NCBI GenBank assembly: GCA_964016885.1
Contig: OZ024743.1
Location: 35,216,001 to 35,280,000 of the forward strand
Direction of reading: 5' to 3'
Source of the DNA: Eledone cirrhosa
Lineage: Eukaryota
DNA length: 64,000 nt
Shown one piece after another: positions 35,701 through 48,400 of this stretch. Under the pieces are notes generated by a model, which saw only the letters and a program-made list of their open reading frames with translations, searched no databases and was not told the origin of the DNA. Within the stretch, counting starts at the first letter, position 1. Each line of letters begins with the position of its first letter. A program made the translations under genes and the position numbers.

Positions 35701-38700
35701 AATAACCACATCTAAAACCACATAGGCTGGATAATGTAGTTAGCTAATAGAACACAGTATTTTAGGATTTTGTTCCGTTCAGCTGCAGATGTAGCTCTCA
35801 CCCTTACCGCTGCATCCAAGATGTGGGGAGAAGCAAAAGAGTCACTAACTGTGACGTCCCAGGTAAGGCACCTGCCTCTTGACCAAGAGCACAGAGTAGG
35901 ACCGTCAAGTCTTTTCCCATCAATTCAGGACAACCCAGACGGTTCCAAAATTGAGGGGATGTTTGCCCGGGCCAAAGCTCTTAAGTGGTAATAGGACAGT
36001 GTGTGTATGTGCGCGCGCGTTAGTTTGTCAGCGTTCTTAAATTAGAGACACGTGTGTGTGTGTGTCAGTTTTTCAGTTAGACATATATGTGTGTATCCCT
36101 TTCCTTCCTTTTACACACATATACATTCACACAAACACACATACACATTGTGTGATGGATGGGTGAACAGAAGTCCCTCAAATGTATATACATGTGAATG
36201 GAGTTCTACTGAAGCAGTTAGAGAAGTTCAAGTATCTTGGAGCCATGAGTGATGGAATGCAGGAGGCTGAATTAAGTACATGAATTGCAACAAAAGCTGA
36301 TGCAGTAATGTGCCAGCCTCAGCAATCAGAGGTGTGTGTGGGGGGGGGGGTTAAGTGTAAAAGCCAAACTCGCTATCTTCCTGGTATTCCTGCCAACTCT
36401 TACCGAGGATCATGAATCTTGAGTAATGACCAAAAGAATACAATTGCAAATAAAAGTGGCAGAAATGGGATTTCTCCGAAGGGTCTTTGGAGTAACGTTA
36501 CTCGATAAAGGGCATAGCTCAGAGACCAGAGAGTCACTCCTGATAGAGCCGCTACTTCTCCGAATTGAGAGATCACAACTCTGGTATTATGAGCATGTGG
36601 TTAGAATGTCTCAGTAAAGAATCGCATTTTACAGGCAAAACCAACCGGCAAGAAAGTTGGATAACATCCATGAGCTTGGCTGGTCATGCTTTGGGATCCA
36701 GCTGGATCAGTTAGAGATGTTTGTACTGACAGACTCACTGGAAGGAATGTTTGAGAAGGACTGTGACCCCACGACCCTCTCAGAAATAAGTGTGTGAAGA
36801 AGATATTGTCAATTTACATATATATATATTTGCGTATAATACCAATATGTACACTACATATGCCAGCAGAAAAACCGCCCTTCGGGAGTTTTCTGCTAGT
36901 CAATATAATAGGCAAAACTAAATATACACCTACTGGTACTTGATTGCTTGCCTCACTCGTTATTCTCCAAGTTTAATATTTCATGTTACAGAATTACCAA
37001 TTTATCAATGTTTCTTAAAATTATTTCCCCTGGTTGTAGAGTGCACTGCATTATTTAGTAAAGCATTCTAGCATTCCACAACTCTTATACCACACAGCCA
37101 AGATCTGACACTAAACTACAACAACAATACCATCCATAGACAGCCAACCTGTTACAAGTAAAGTTTCCCATATATTATAGTGAGAGGAAATGAGTCAATT
37201 GACAATATTTTTTACACAGCCAAAGACTGATTTTAATCTAACTGATTTAGAATAGATACACTATCTCTCTGTTAAGAGTTGGCACTAGGAAGAGCAGCCA
37301 GCTATAAAACATTGCTTCAAAAAAGGCTTTGAGTATAACATGAACAGAGTACAGCTTGAAATACCCTTTGTGGGTACCCACTCCTCACTCATCAAAACTC
37401 AAGGGCTGATTCCTGTTTTAGCAATGGAAAAATGACCTTAAAACACTTGTAGTGATCCTAGGGCTAGTTTCTGGTAGAAAAAAAAGGATGTTAAGTTTAA
37501 GTTGTCCTCAGTTTGAAGATGACTTGATATCCTAATGTACTGCTTCCTACAGTTTATAACATGAGTCATTTCTTCCTCCCATTCCTTATACCAGTCATGG
37601 AAGACCAAATGCTTGTAGGTTCTGGCCTTCCTTCTCTAACTTAACCCACCTGATACTGCCTCTGATTCTATGATGCAGAACTGTTTGTATTAAAGTGTTT
37701 ATATTTATTTAAAAAACCTTCCATCATCATAATTTTAAGTAAGAAATATTTTTAAGATATCAACTTTATAATGAGAAAATTAATTGTATTACAAAATTCC
37801 TTCAATTTCTTGATTATTTTCAAAATCATTAGAAGGTAGTGTCTTTTAGAGATATGATAAGGGTAAAACCATTAAAATATGTTTAATTTTCTTATCTTAA
37901 CCCTTTAGCATTTACATTACTTGATATATTATTGTATTTTCACAGTAAATTGATATATTATTGTATTTTCATAGTATATCACATAATATCGAACCTATGA
38001 GATTTTGATAGTATTTATTTTGAGAACTATACATCAGTATCAGTGGCCAGTTACAGCCAGTTTGAAGAGAAAGAAGTGAGAGAATTCTGGCCGGATATGG
38101 CCAGTTTAAGTGCTAAAGGGTTAAACATTTTAATCTATTAACTGAAGTTCTATTATCATTTGCTTTATTTCTTACTCTCTAGCCACTGAAGCACACGATG
38201 ATGATGGTCTGCCACATACACTGGAACATCTTGTATTTCTTGGGAGTGAAGAATATCCTTACAAGGTAAAGATATGTAATCATTTATTTTTTTCTGTGAA
38301 GGAAATCTCAGATCTATTGACTCGATTCTACTTAGGCGACATGACGAACCAAAATTAACATGAAATAACTACAACTAAGTACCATATAGGTACAGGGATG
38401 GCTGCAAGATTAAGAAGTTCACTTTACAATCAACTGGTCTTGGGTTCTATCCCACTGCATGACAACCAAAGCCTTGTGAGTGACAGATTTAGCCTGTTAT
38501 CTATTTGTGTTTGTTTGTCTGGAAAGGAACAAAGCATGCATACTCCGTTGGATGTGTAATAGTAATATACACAAACGGCAAAACATAAACAAACTGAGAA
38601 ATTAGGAATAAGAGAGATCAGATGCTGTTTACTTGAGAGAAGATTACGTTGGTATGGTCATGTGATGCGCATGAAAGACATCTGTATAAAAAAGTGCAGG

Positions 38701-41700
38701 GCAATCAAAATTGATGGAAGTTAGGAGTAAGTAGACTCAGCAAAACCTGGGACGACGTGATAAAATCCGACCTTGCACACTCACACCTCTCTAAGACAAT
38801 GTCACTGGATTAAGATCTTTGGTGCTACGCAGTAATACAAAAGACCCGCCTTCCCTACGTACAGAGTTAAACCTACAGTCAATATGCACCTCATAACCAA
38901 ATATACACCCCAACCCACTACCCCTACTCCATCCTCCTACTCCCACCAACACTACCCTTTCTCTGTAAAGTTATGTTGGTACCACAGAACATACAGTCCA
39001 AACTAAAGAGGTCATGTAGGTGTCACGACAAAAAAAGCACCCAGTCCACACTGTAAAGTGGTCGTGTAATAGACATGGTAAAAAGGCTCCCAATCCACAT
39101 TGTAAATATGGTTGGTGTTAGAAAGAGCATCCAGCAATAGAAAACCTGCCAGATACAGTCCTATACGAGTGAGACACGGTCACCCGATCAATCTTGCCTC
39201 AAGTGGAACAATTCCCATTTAACCCATGCTAGCATGGAAGATAGACATTAAACGATGATGATGATGTCTCTGTTTCTTCTCTTTGTCATGCAGTGATATT
39301 TTTATGTTTCCACATAAAAAGAGGATCAGCTGCTCATCAGTTAGACATGTAAAGATTTAATGGCAGTAGCACTAACATATTGTGATTCTATTATGGATTT
39401 GTTTTGACAAGGATCATACTCTGAAGGTTTCTATCTACCATGTTTCATCTTGCAGCATGACAACAATGCTCACATTTTCGTTTCCCCCTGTAGCGGAACT
39501 ATTTCATACATCGCAACAACAATGTATTCATACGTGATTTGGTTAAACAAACCAATCATTTTAGATCACGTATGAATACATTGTTGCCGCCTCATTATAA
39601 AACCTGCTGGTCCACCAGAGAGAGAACTCTCTTGGACAGCGAGGTGAAAGGACCTACCACAAGATAACTCCTACTGTGATCCTCCTATAATTCAGTGGCG
39701 AAAGAATTGAACATTTATCAACAAAGCATTTTCCACATTTCTTGGATTGTTCTTCTATAGCCTATCTGCTATACGAGATATTCTATTGTCTGTACAGAAA
39801 CTCAGCTTTCGACAAATTTATATTTATAGAGAATTGAGTGTTAAAGAGACATTTATTTATACCATGGATGTTAGAAGCATGTCACTGCAAGTTCGAAGCA
39901 ACAAACACATCGACTAAGGTATTTTCTTATAATTGTTTGTAATAACAAGGTCCTTTGATGTTTCAACTTGTAGTTGTAAAAAGGTATAAGTAATTATTTA
40001 ACTCCTCATTCTACCTATACCCCCTCCTTCTAAAAAGGAATGAAAACCTGTGGCTCAAGAGCTGCATGTAGCTTTATCATGTGGCTTCTAGGTGCTTGTT
40101 TTTTTTTTAATCTTTAACCATGTAATTAAAATAAAATCTATAACTTATTTTCTGGACATTGGAGCAATGTCAGAAAAGGTTATCTAAATTCATGTTTTCT
40201 TGTATGTATTTTTGCTTATAATACATTGACTCCAATAGTCCTAATTTTTTTATTCTTTTAGTTAGCAATAGCTCTTAAAATTGTAAAGGTTCCCCACCTT
40301 CTATAAAAGGTAGTATTATGTGAGTCTTATGCATTTTTGTAGTTGATTTCTCTTTCATTATTTTGCAGGGTGTACTTGATATGTTAGCAAACCGTTGCCT
40401 TGCATCAGGCACAAATGCTTGGACAAACACAGACAACACTTGCTACACTGTCACAACAGCCGGTGGTGAAGGCTTCTGTAACTTATTACCAATCTACCTT
40501 GATCACATACTTTATCCTACGTTGCCAGTACGTATATCATCTCTTATTTTGCTTGTAATTGTTTCTGTTTATTACAAAATTGCTTTTGATTTTATCTCTA
40601 TCTTTTTCCTATGTCATTTCTCTCTCTCTCTTGGATTATAATGTCCTCTTTTTCTCTCCTTGTCTGCCTATTTATCCCTTTATTAGCCGATAATTTCTTT
40701 CATTTTCACATCATAACCCAAAATATACTCTATCATTGATTTTATTATTATAAATGATTGATATCTATTAAATGATGATATTCTACACATGCATATACAC
40801 TCAAATGCACTTCCGTATATATATGTTTATGTGTAAATATACGTGTGTGTGTGTGTGTATATATATAAAATGGAGGCACATGGCTTAGTGGTTAGAGCAT
40901 TGGCCTTGCAATCGAAAGGTTATGAGTTCAATTCTCAGACCGGGTGATGTGTTGTTTCCTTGAGCAAGACACTTTATTTCACATTGCTCCAGTCCACTCA
41001 GCTGTAGAAATGAGATGATAGTGACTGGGGTCCATATCATTCCACTGCAAAAGTGGTCGTGGAGGTGCCACGGCAAAAAAGCACCCAGCACTCACTGTAA
41101 ATGAGGTTGGTGTTAGGAAGGGCATCCAGCTGTAGAAATCAAGCCAAAATCAGTTTCAGTCCCACCCTTGCAAGCAGGGAAAAAGCGGATCTAAAATGAA
41201 ATGATGATGATGATATACACATGAATATACACCATCATCATTGCAGTTTAGCATCTATTTTCCATGCTTGATTGATTAGATATACATAGGGAAAATGGAT
41301 GTTAAATGATGATTATGATGATATGTATATATTACATTACAGAAATCAGGTTATATCACTGAAGTGCATCACATCAATGGAAATGGAGAGAATGCAGGTG
41401 TAGTGTACAGTGAAATGCAGGCAAGAGAAAATCATGGAGAAAGTCTAGCTTATTTAGCAATGTTGCGTTATGTCTACCCTGAAGGCTGTGGCTACAGATC
41501 AGAGACTGGGGGCATCTTGAAGAACTTGCGAACTAGTACATCATATGAGAAGGTCAGTAAAGTTTATTGCATTGGCGGGAATGGTTTAGAAGGCATGACT
41601 GTGTGTAGTTGTTATAATTCACATCTATGTAGGTTTTACTGTCCAAATATATTAAATATGTACAAAGGATTTGAATGCAAGATCTATATTTTTTTTGCCT

Positions 41701-44700
41701 TTATACCACATGGTCATCTATATATATATAAAGTTGTAGTTCCTGTTTGTTTGTTTGTTTGTTCACAAACTCCTCCTATGGTTTTGGAGATAGACCCCCA
41801 TAACCATATATATTCTGAAACTACATTGCCCAGGGTACTTGGATAAGTATATTTCATTTTAATCAAAGGGTTCCCCAGGGGTACAAATGCCCACTGAATA
41901 TTTTTTCCCTTCAATTTATATGAAATTTAAACCATAGGCACATGACAAGATACGATGCCTATTCTCAAAATTTCAGCAAATTTCAATAATATTAAGACAC
42001 CCTAATGGGGGTTAAACCCCCTATAGTAAAAATGTTGGCCAATAAATGGAACAAGATGTGTTGTAACAAGATTGCATTAGAACTTGATTGAAGCAACCGT
42101 GACTTCTGGCGTCACGCAGTAATACAGAGTACCCGACCTCCCATGGGTACAAGCTGAAGCATATAGACAATATGCCCCCACACCCCCCACCGCAAGGGGG
42201 TCGTGGAGGTGCCACGGAAAAAAAGCACCCAGCCCACACTGTAAAGTGGACGTGTAGGCGCCACGAAAAAGCACCCAGCACTCACTGTAAATGAGGTTGG
42301 TGTTAGGAAGGGCATCCAGCTGTAGAAATTAAGCCAAATCAGTTCCTGTATGAGCAAGGCATGGTCAGCCGACCAGACACTGCCCACAACAGGACAACCC
42401 GTCTAACCCATGCTAGCGTGGAAGAACGGACGTAAAACGGTGATGATGATGATTATATTCGGGGCTTACAAAGGTCAAGCTCTTCTCATTCTGAGGATTC
42501 CACTTATACCAAGTGATAGCGAGTTACCTTTTACATTTAAGAGGCTGCAGTTCCCAGTGAGGCCATGCTGTGCCATGAGCATCAATAAGAGTCAAGGTCA
42601 AACTTTCAAAACTATTGGTATAGATCTGACAACTCATGTTTCAGTCATGTTTTATGTAGCTGTTTCAAGGACTGGAACTTCAAAAAAAATCTCTACATTT
42701 TAGCCAATCAAAGAAAGACAAGAAATGTTTACCCTGAAGTTCTTCATTTGGACAAAGTATAAAATATATTTTCATGTATCTATTATATTAAAAAATAAAT
42801 AATTAAACTTTGAATTTCTAATTTGAAAATAATACTTTACACAAAAATGAAATGATCAAGTTTTGAATTGATATTTTGAAAAAAATTATTTACAAGAAAC
42901 AAAATAAGAATAAGATTTAATAATGTAATTTTGATTTGATATATTACAAAAAATAATGTTTTCCAATTTTTCATGCATTACATTTTACATGAGTAATATT
43001 GAAATGCAGAGTTTTTCTCCATAAATTATATCACTGATTTAAAATCGATCATCATTTTCTTACAAAAAAAATGTGTGAAACGCAGCAAGGTGCAGCTAGT
43101 TTGATCATAGAGCTGCACAACCAGGGTTGATCTGGTGCTAAATAACAATAACATCCATCTAGCTAACAATAGGTTGGAAAAATTGGAGTAAGTGGTGGTA
43201 GCCCTGCATAATTTGTGTTAGCTTGTAGTGTACTCCACTTATGGATATAGCTTGGGGGATGGGTTATCCTTAATATTTCTGACTGACATCTATTGTTAAA
43301 CATCACATCATTCATGATTGGTCTGTAATATGGTGATATATCTGCTCTCAGTGGATTAATAATGACAGTTTTGTGACTGGTCATTACTATTCAAAGTCAG
43401 CAATAACCCAGTGCATTACTAGTACTTTATTTTATGGGGTCGATAAAATAAAGTACTAGTAATGCACTGGGTAATTGCTGGCCTTGTGCCAAAAAGTAGA
43501 AACAATTATTATTCAAAGTCAGCATATTAATTAAAAATTCAATCTAAAACTATGTTGCATATAATTACTTAACCTCACATAGATCTACTAAAGTTTACTG
43601 TGTGTATAGAATAGGTACACTGTATCCTTGCATGTCATAATAGATAACTAGAAGGGTTGGTGCCAGGAAAGGTATTCAGCTGTAAAACATTGCCTTAAAA
43701 AGGATCCCATGATGAGTATGAAGCCAGTCAGGAAGCATGTAGGGCTAACCCCTGCTTCAGCAGGGAAAATGGCTTTAAAATGCTTGTTGTGTATTGTTGC
43801 ATAGGTCTACTAGAGCAGAGATGTCGCATAACGTTAGTTTTGTTTTGAGAATCAGTTTATTTCTGGTAATTTTTCTTGTAAATTTTAAATTGTTAAAAAT
43901 ATAAATAGAAAAATAATATATCAAATTCCTTTGAAAATTTCTTACAATTAGGTTTGTGAATATCATAAGGAGTTTTACCGACCTGAAAACCTTTGCTTAA
44001 TCATTACTGGTCAACTGAGTAATGATGAACTATTTTCACACCTGCAGAAGTTTGAAGAGAAGATCGTAAAAAAGGTAAAAGCATTTTTCAGTTGAGTAGT
44101 TGATTATAAAGCTACTCTCTGCTCCACTTTCAATCTAATTTTCTTTTAAGTATGTATAATCCTAATTACGTTTTTACATGTATGTAAGTAACATGAACCC
44201 CATTAAATGCACAGAAGGAATTAATAAGAAATGTAGCTGCTACATTTAAATGTAAAAGTCTGCATGGAAAGAGCTACAGATGGAGAGGATATTGAGCTGG
44301 ATCTTAGGAATAGTGTGAAGATGGAAGGTATGAAAATATTATACTTCAAATGAACTTTCCTCATCTCAACATAGTAGATATAGGAGTCATTTTGCTTTTG
44401 CCGGTGTGTTCTATCTTTGAGGTAAAATAGTTTGCAAACTCCCTCTATGTGGTACTTTGAACAAGTGACTTATGTTATAGTCCTTAGGTTATCCAATGCT
44501 TTGTGAGTGAAATTAGGCAGATGGAAACTACAGAAGCCTGATATATATATCATCATCATTTTACGTCCGCTTTTCCCTGCTTGCAAGGGTGGGACAGGTC
44601 GTATTCAGCACAGTATCTCTCCACTTGTCATGGTTCTTCAGCGATTTGAGGTCTGCTCTCACTACCTCTGCCCATGTTTTTCGTGGTCTTCCTTCTACTG

Positions 44701-45386
44701 GGATTTCTTGGCATTTCTTTACCCAGCGGTCATCCTCCATGCGCATCACCTGTCCATACCATGACAGTCTTCTCTCCTGCACACTACAACTTATCCATCT
44801 TATACACAGTTTCTCTCTCATCTCATTTATGCTTGGTCGTTCATGCACATTGACATTACACATCCAACAGAGCATGCTTGCTTCATTTCTCTCCAGCTGT
44901 TGCATATCCTCTGCAGTTGCTGCCCATGTCTCACTATCATGCAGCATCGCACAAAAGCCTTCCCATGCTAATCTGATCACCTAGGTACCAGAAGCTATCA
45001 ACCACTTCTATAGAACCTACCTGCATTTGAAAAATATGTCTATCACTGCGATTACTACTGCCAACTTACCCTGTACATTTACTGCATACTTAGTTTTCCC
45101 TACCTGTTAGTTTGCCAGCTATCCTAGTACATCTCTTGTGTACCCAAGATCTGCATTGTGTACATTTTATAGAATTTATACCAGCTCCTTTTCTACTTAT
45201 CAAACATGGCCATTTCCCTGATGGAATCTGAGTTTTGTCCTCTTTTCTACTTATCAACACTTTTGTCTTAGCTAAGTTCACTCTGTCCTCTTGATTTCAA
45301 CTGCTGTTTCCATAGCCAGAATTTCTTCTCTAGCTCCTCTACTGATTCTGCTATAAGAATCAGATTGTCAGCATAGAGAAGTTCCC

Positions 45387-45422
<36 letters not shown>

Positions 45423-48400
45423 TAACATTTAATGTTTGTTTATGTCCTTCATCAAAGAAGAGATTGATAAAATAGACCGACTAAAGTCCTTGAAGGTTGT
45501 GCCCACTATAACTGCTGTCTGACAGAAACCAAAAGAAAACAGTAAAAACATTCATTTCTTTAATGTCTTTATTGTGTTGAGTATTTAAATTATTTTACTT
45601 TTATGGCCATGTTTCAGAATGTCAAGAGTCCATTCAGCCGGCCATGGCAGTCACCCATATCACCTTTAACTGGATCACTTGTAAAGGCAATTCTTTACCC
45701 TTCAGACGAAGATACTCATGGTTTAGTCTTCTCTGCATGGAGAGGTCCAGAAGCCAAAGTAAGTAGTTGCAGTTTTTAACCTTTTTTTTAACATAAATCT
45801 GAGATACAGCAATTGTTGTAACATTATAGTTTATTTTCCTGTGTTCCCTTTCAATCATATTGACTTCACTCAGCCTATGTCATGGGTTAAGTTTCCAGAC
45901 CAGGCAGTATATATTCTTGAATAAAACACTTTATTTCATGTTGCTGCAGTCCACTCAGTTGAAAATGAGTACCAGCAGTAGCTGGGGATTAACCCACGAC
46001 TGACTAGCCTTCCATCCAAGAAGGCGTCTGTAATGTACTCAGTGTTTAAAAGTGCTTTGTTTTGCATGTTTGTAAGTCTTTGGATAATTGGATAATTTCT
46101 GCATTTCTTTTGTATTTGAGATTGACATGACCACTAGATGACATTATTATTATTAGAATGTGGATTGGCAGTATCGGTGGAGGGTCGGACGCCATGCTTT
46201 CCAGCATAGTTACGTCCCTTTACGATCTGAGTTCAAATCCCGCCGAGGTTGACTTTGCCTTTCATCCTTACGGGGTCGATAAAATAAAGTACCAGTAATG
46301 CACTGGGTATTTGCTGGCCTTGTGCCTAACGTAGAAACAATTATTATTATTAGAATGGATTGGCAGTATCGGTAGAGGGTTGGATGCCATGCTTTCCAGC
46401 ATAGTTACGTCCCTTTACGATCTGAGTTCAAATCCCGCCGAGGTTGACTTTGCTTTTCATCCTTACGGGGTCGATAAAATAAAGTACCAGTAATGCACTG
46501 GGTAATTGCTAGCCGTGTGCCTAAAGTAGAAACAATTATTATTAGAAACCAGTGGATTGATAATATCTGTAGAGCATCAAACAATATGTTTTGTGGTCTG
46601 AGTTCAAATCCCACCAATGTTAGCTTTGCCTTTCATCCTTACGGGGTTGATAAAATAAAGTACCAGTAATGCACTGGGGATTGATATGATTAACTTTCCC
46701 CGCCTCCCAAATTGTTATCCTTGTGTCTAAATCAGAAACCATTGGTAGAATGGGATAAAATGCTTTACATTGAGTTCAAATCCCACGAAGGTCAGTCTTT
46801 TAACAATTATTTTTGGTAATATTTAGTTACATTTCTACATTCTGAATTCAGATGCTTGTACTTGCCAACACTTATAAATATTTGAGTCAGTGGAGTACAT
46901 ACAGGACAGCAAAAAGGGAGATTATCAGCATATATCCTGTATAAGTAACGGTGGTACTGTAATATCAGCTCTAGGTGTGTAGAGGAAATTGCTTCAATAA
47001 AATGTTAGTTAAATAAAATCAATTTAACAAAGGGAAATAAGTTGTGATACATACAGAAGAAGGCCAACACGAATTGTTTCTCTTAGATTATTACTCTAGT
47101 TAGTTTAAAAGTCTTTATTTGGTCGGTTGACTATTCTAAAAATACCTTGAACAAAATAATTAAATAAATAAAACCAGACCAAGAAAGACCGGTGTATTTA
47201 TCCGAATCATATTCATAACACTATAATAAGACACTGCTAATGAAAACAACTTCGTACAAACGCCATTTGAAACATTTTGCGGCTCTCTAAGCAGATGATA
47301 GTTGTGTGTTTGTTCATGCGTAACTAGCTCTCACTCTTTGCTTCGTATATCTGGTATTATATATTAGATTATAATGTTACCCATCAAGAGAATTTGGGGG
47401 AGTACACGTTTGTCACTGTGGGTAACAGTAAATGAATATATAAAATTGTATAAATATATGTGAAATATATGAGTTCTCTATGGTTCCATTTTGCCAATAT
47501 GAATCATAATGTGGCTCGACCAAACACAACGAATATAGACTCAGGCATGGCTGTGTGATTAAAAAGTTTGCTTCACAGCCACATGGTTTCAGGTTCACTT
47601 TACATACCTCCTTGGACAAGTAGCCTTATTAAATAATGCCTAATGAGTGACATTTGAGCACATCAGAGACTTGCTATATTTAGATACAGATAGGTACAAA
47701 TATTATTTACAATAGATTTATATCTATTCAATGAACACTTAGTTAGTTTCAATACAGCATCTGAAATGTTGGCGTGCCTGAATTAGAATACCTCTATCAA
47801 TACTGGACATTGTGCTGGTAATGGCAGACTTGACAGATTTAATAGTATTGTGAGGGTGATGATTGACCTATCTTTCAGCTGCACTCCCTATTTAATAGTT
47901 CAGGGGATTGAGGTCTGGTGAACTAAGAGGCCATGTGTCTGGAAGAATGTGGTTATGGAGATTGTCATGCATTTATGTTTGTGTTGTTCTGGCCTTATGA
48001 GAGGGAGCAAAGTCTTGTTGGAAGACGAATAGTTTTCCGCTGTTTACCCTGTCTATTCAGGCCTTAACAACTGTCTCCAACACCTCTTTGTAGACAGCAG
48101 TGTTGACTCTTAAGCCCTAAGAAATAAAATGGAGATATGACATCTCTCTTGTTGCTGACAACACCCAGAACCATCACAGTCACTGGCAATTTGGTGTGCA
48201 CGACCATTGGAACCTCATTTGGGTCTCTGCCTAACTTTGATGAAGAAGTATTGGGCAACTTTCAAGAAGGAATCTATCGCTGCATCTCTATGCTGTGCTT
48301 TAAACAACTATTACAGCGTGCCTTTTCATTTTCTGAGTCAATTTAATGTCTGGCGTTGCTTATCTGAAAAATGAAAAAAAAACATTAGTAATAAGAAGGT

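Noticed and set aside
42410-42703. Host PIF1 helicase gene
   Set aside because: It is an isolated fragment within Helitron-like termini, and the ORF start comes from an RTE tail.
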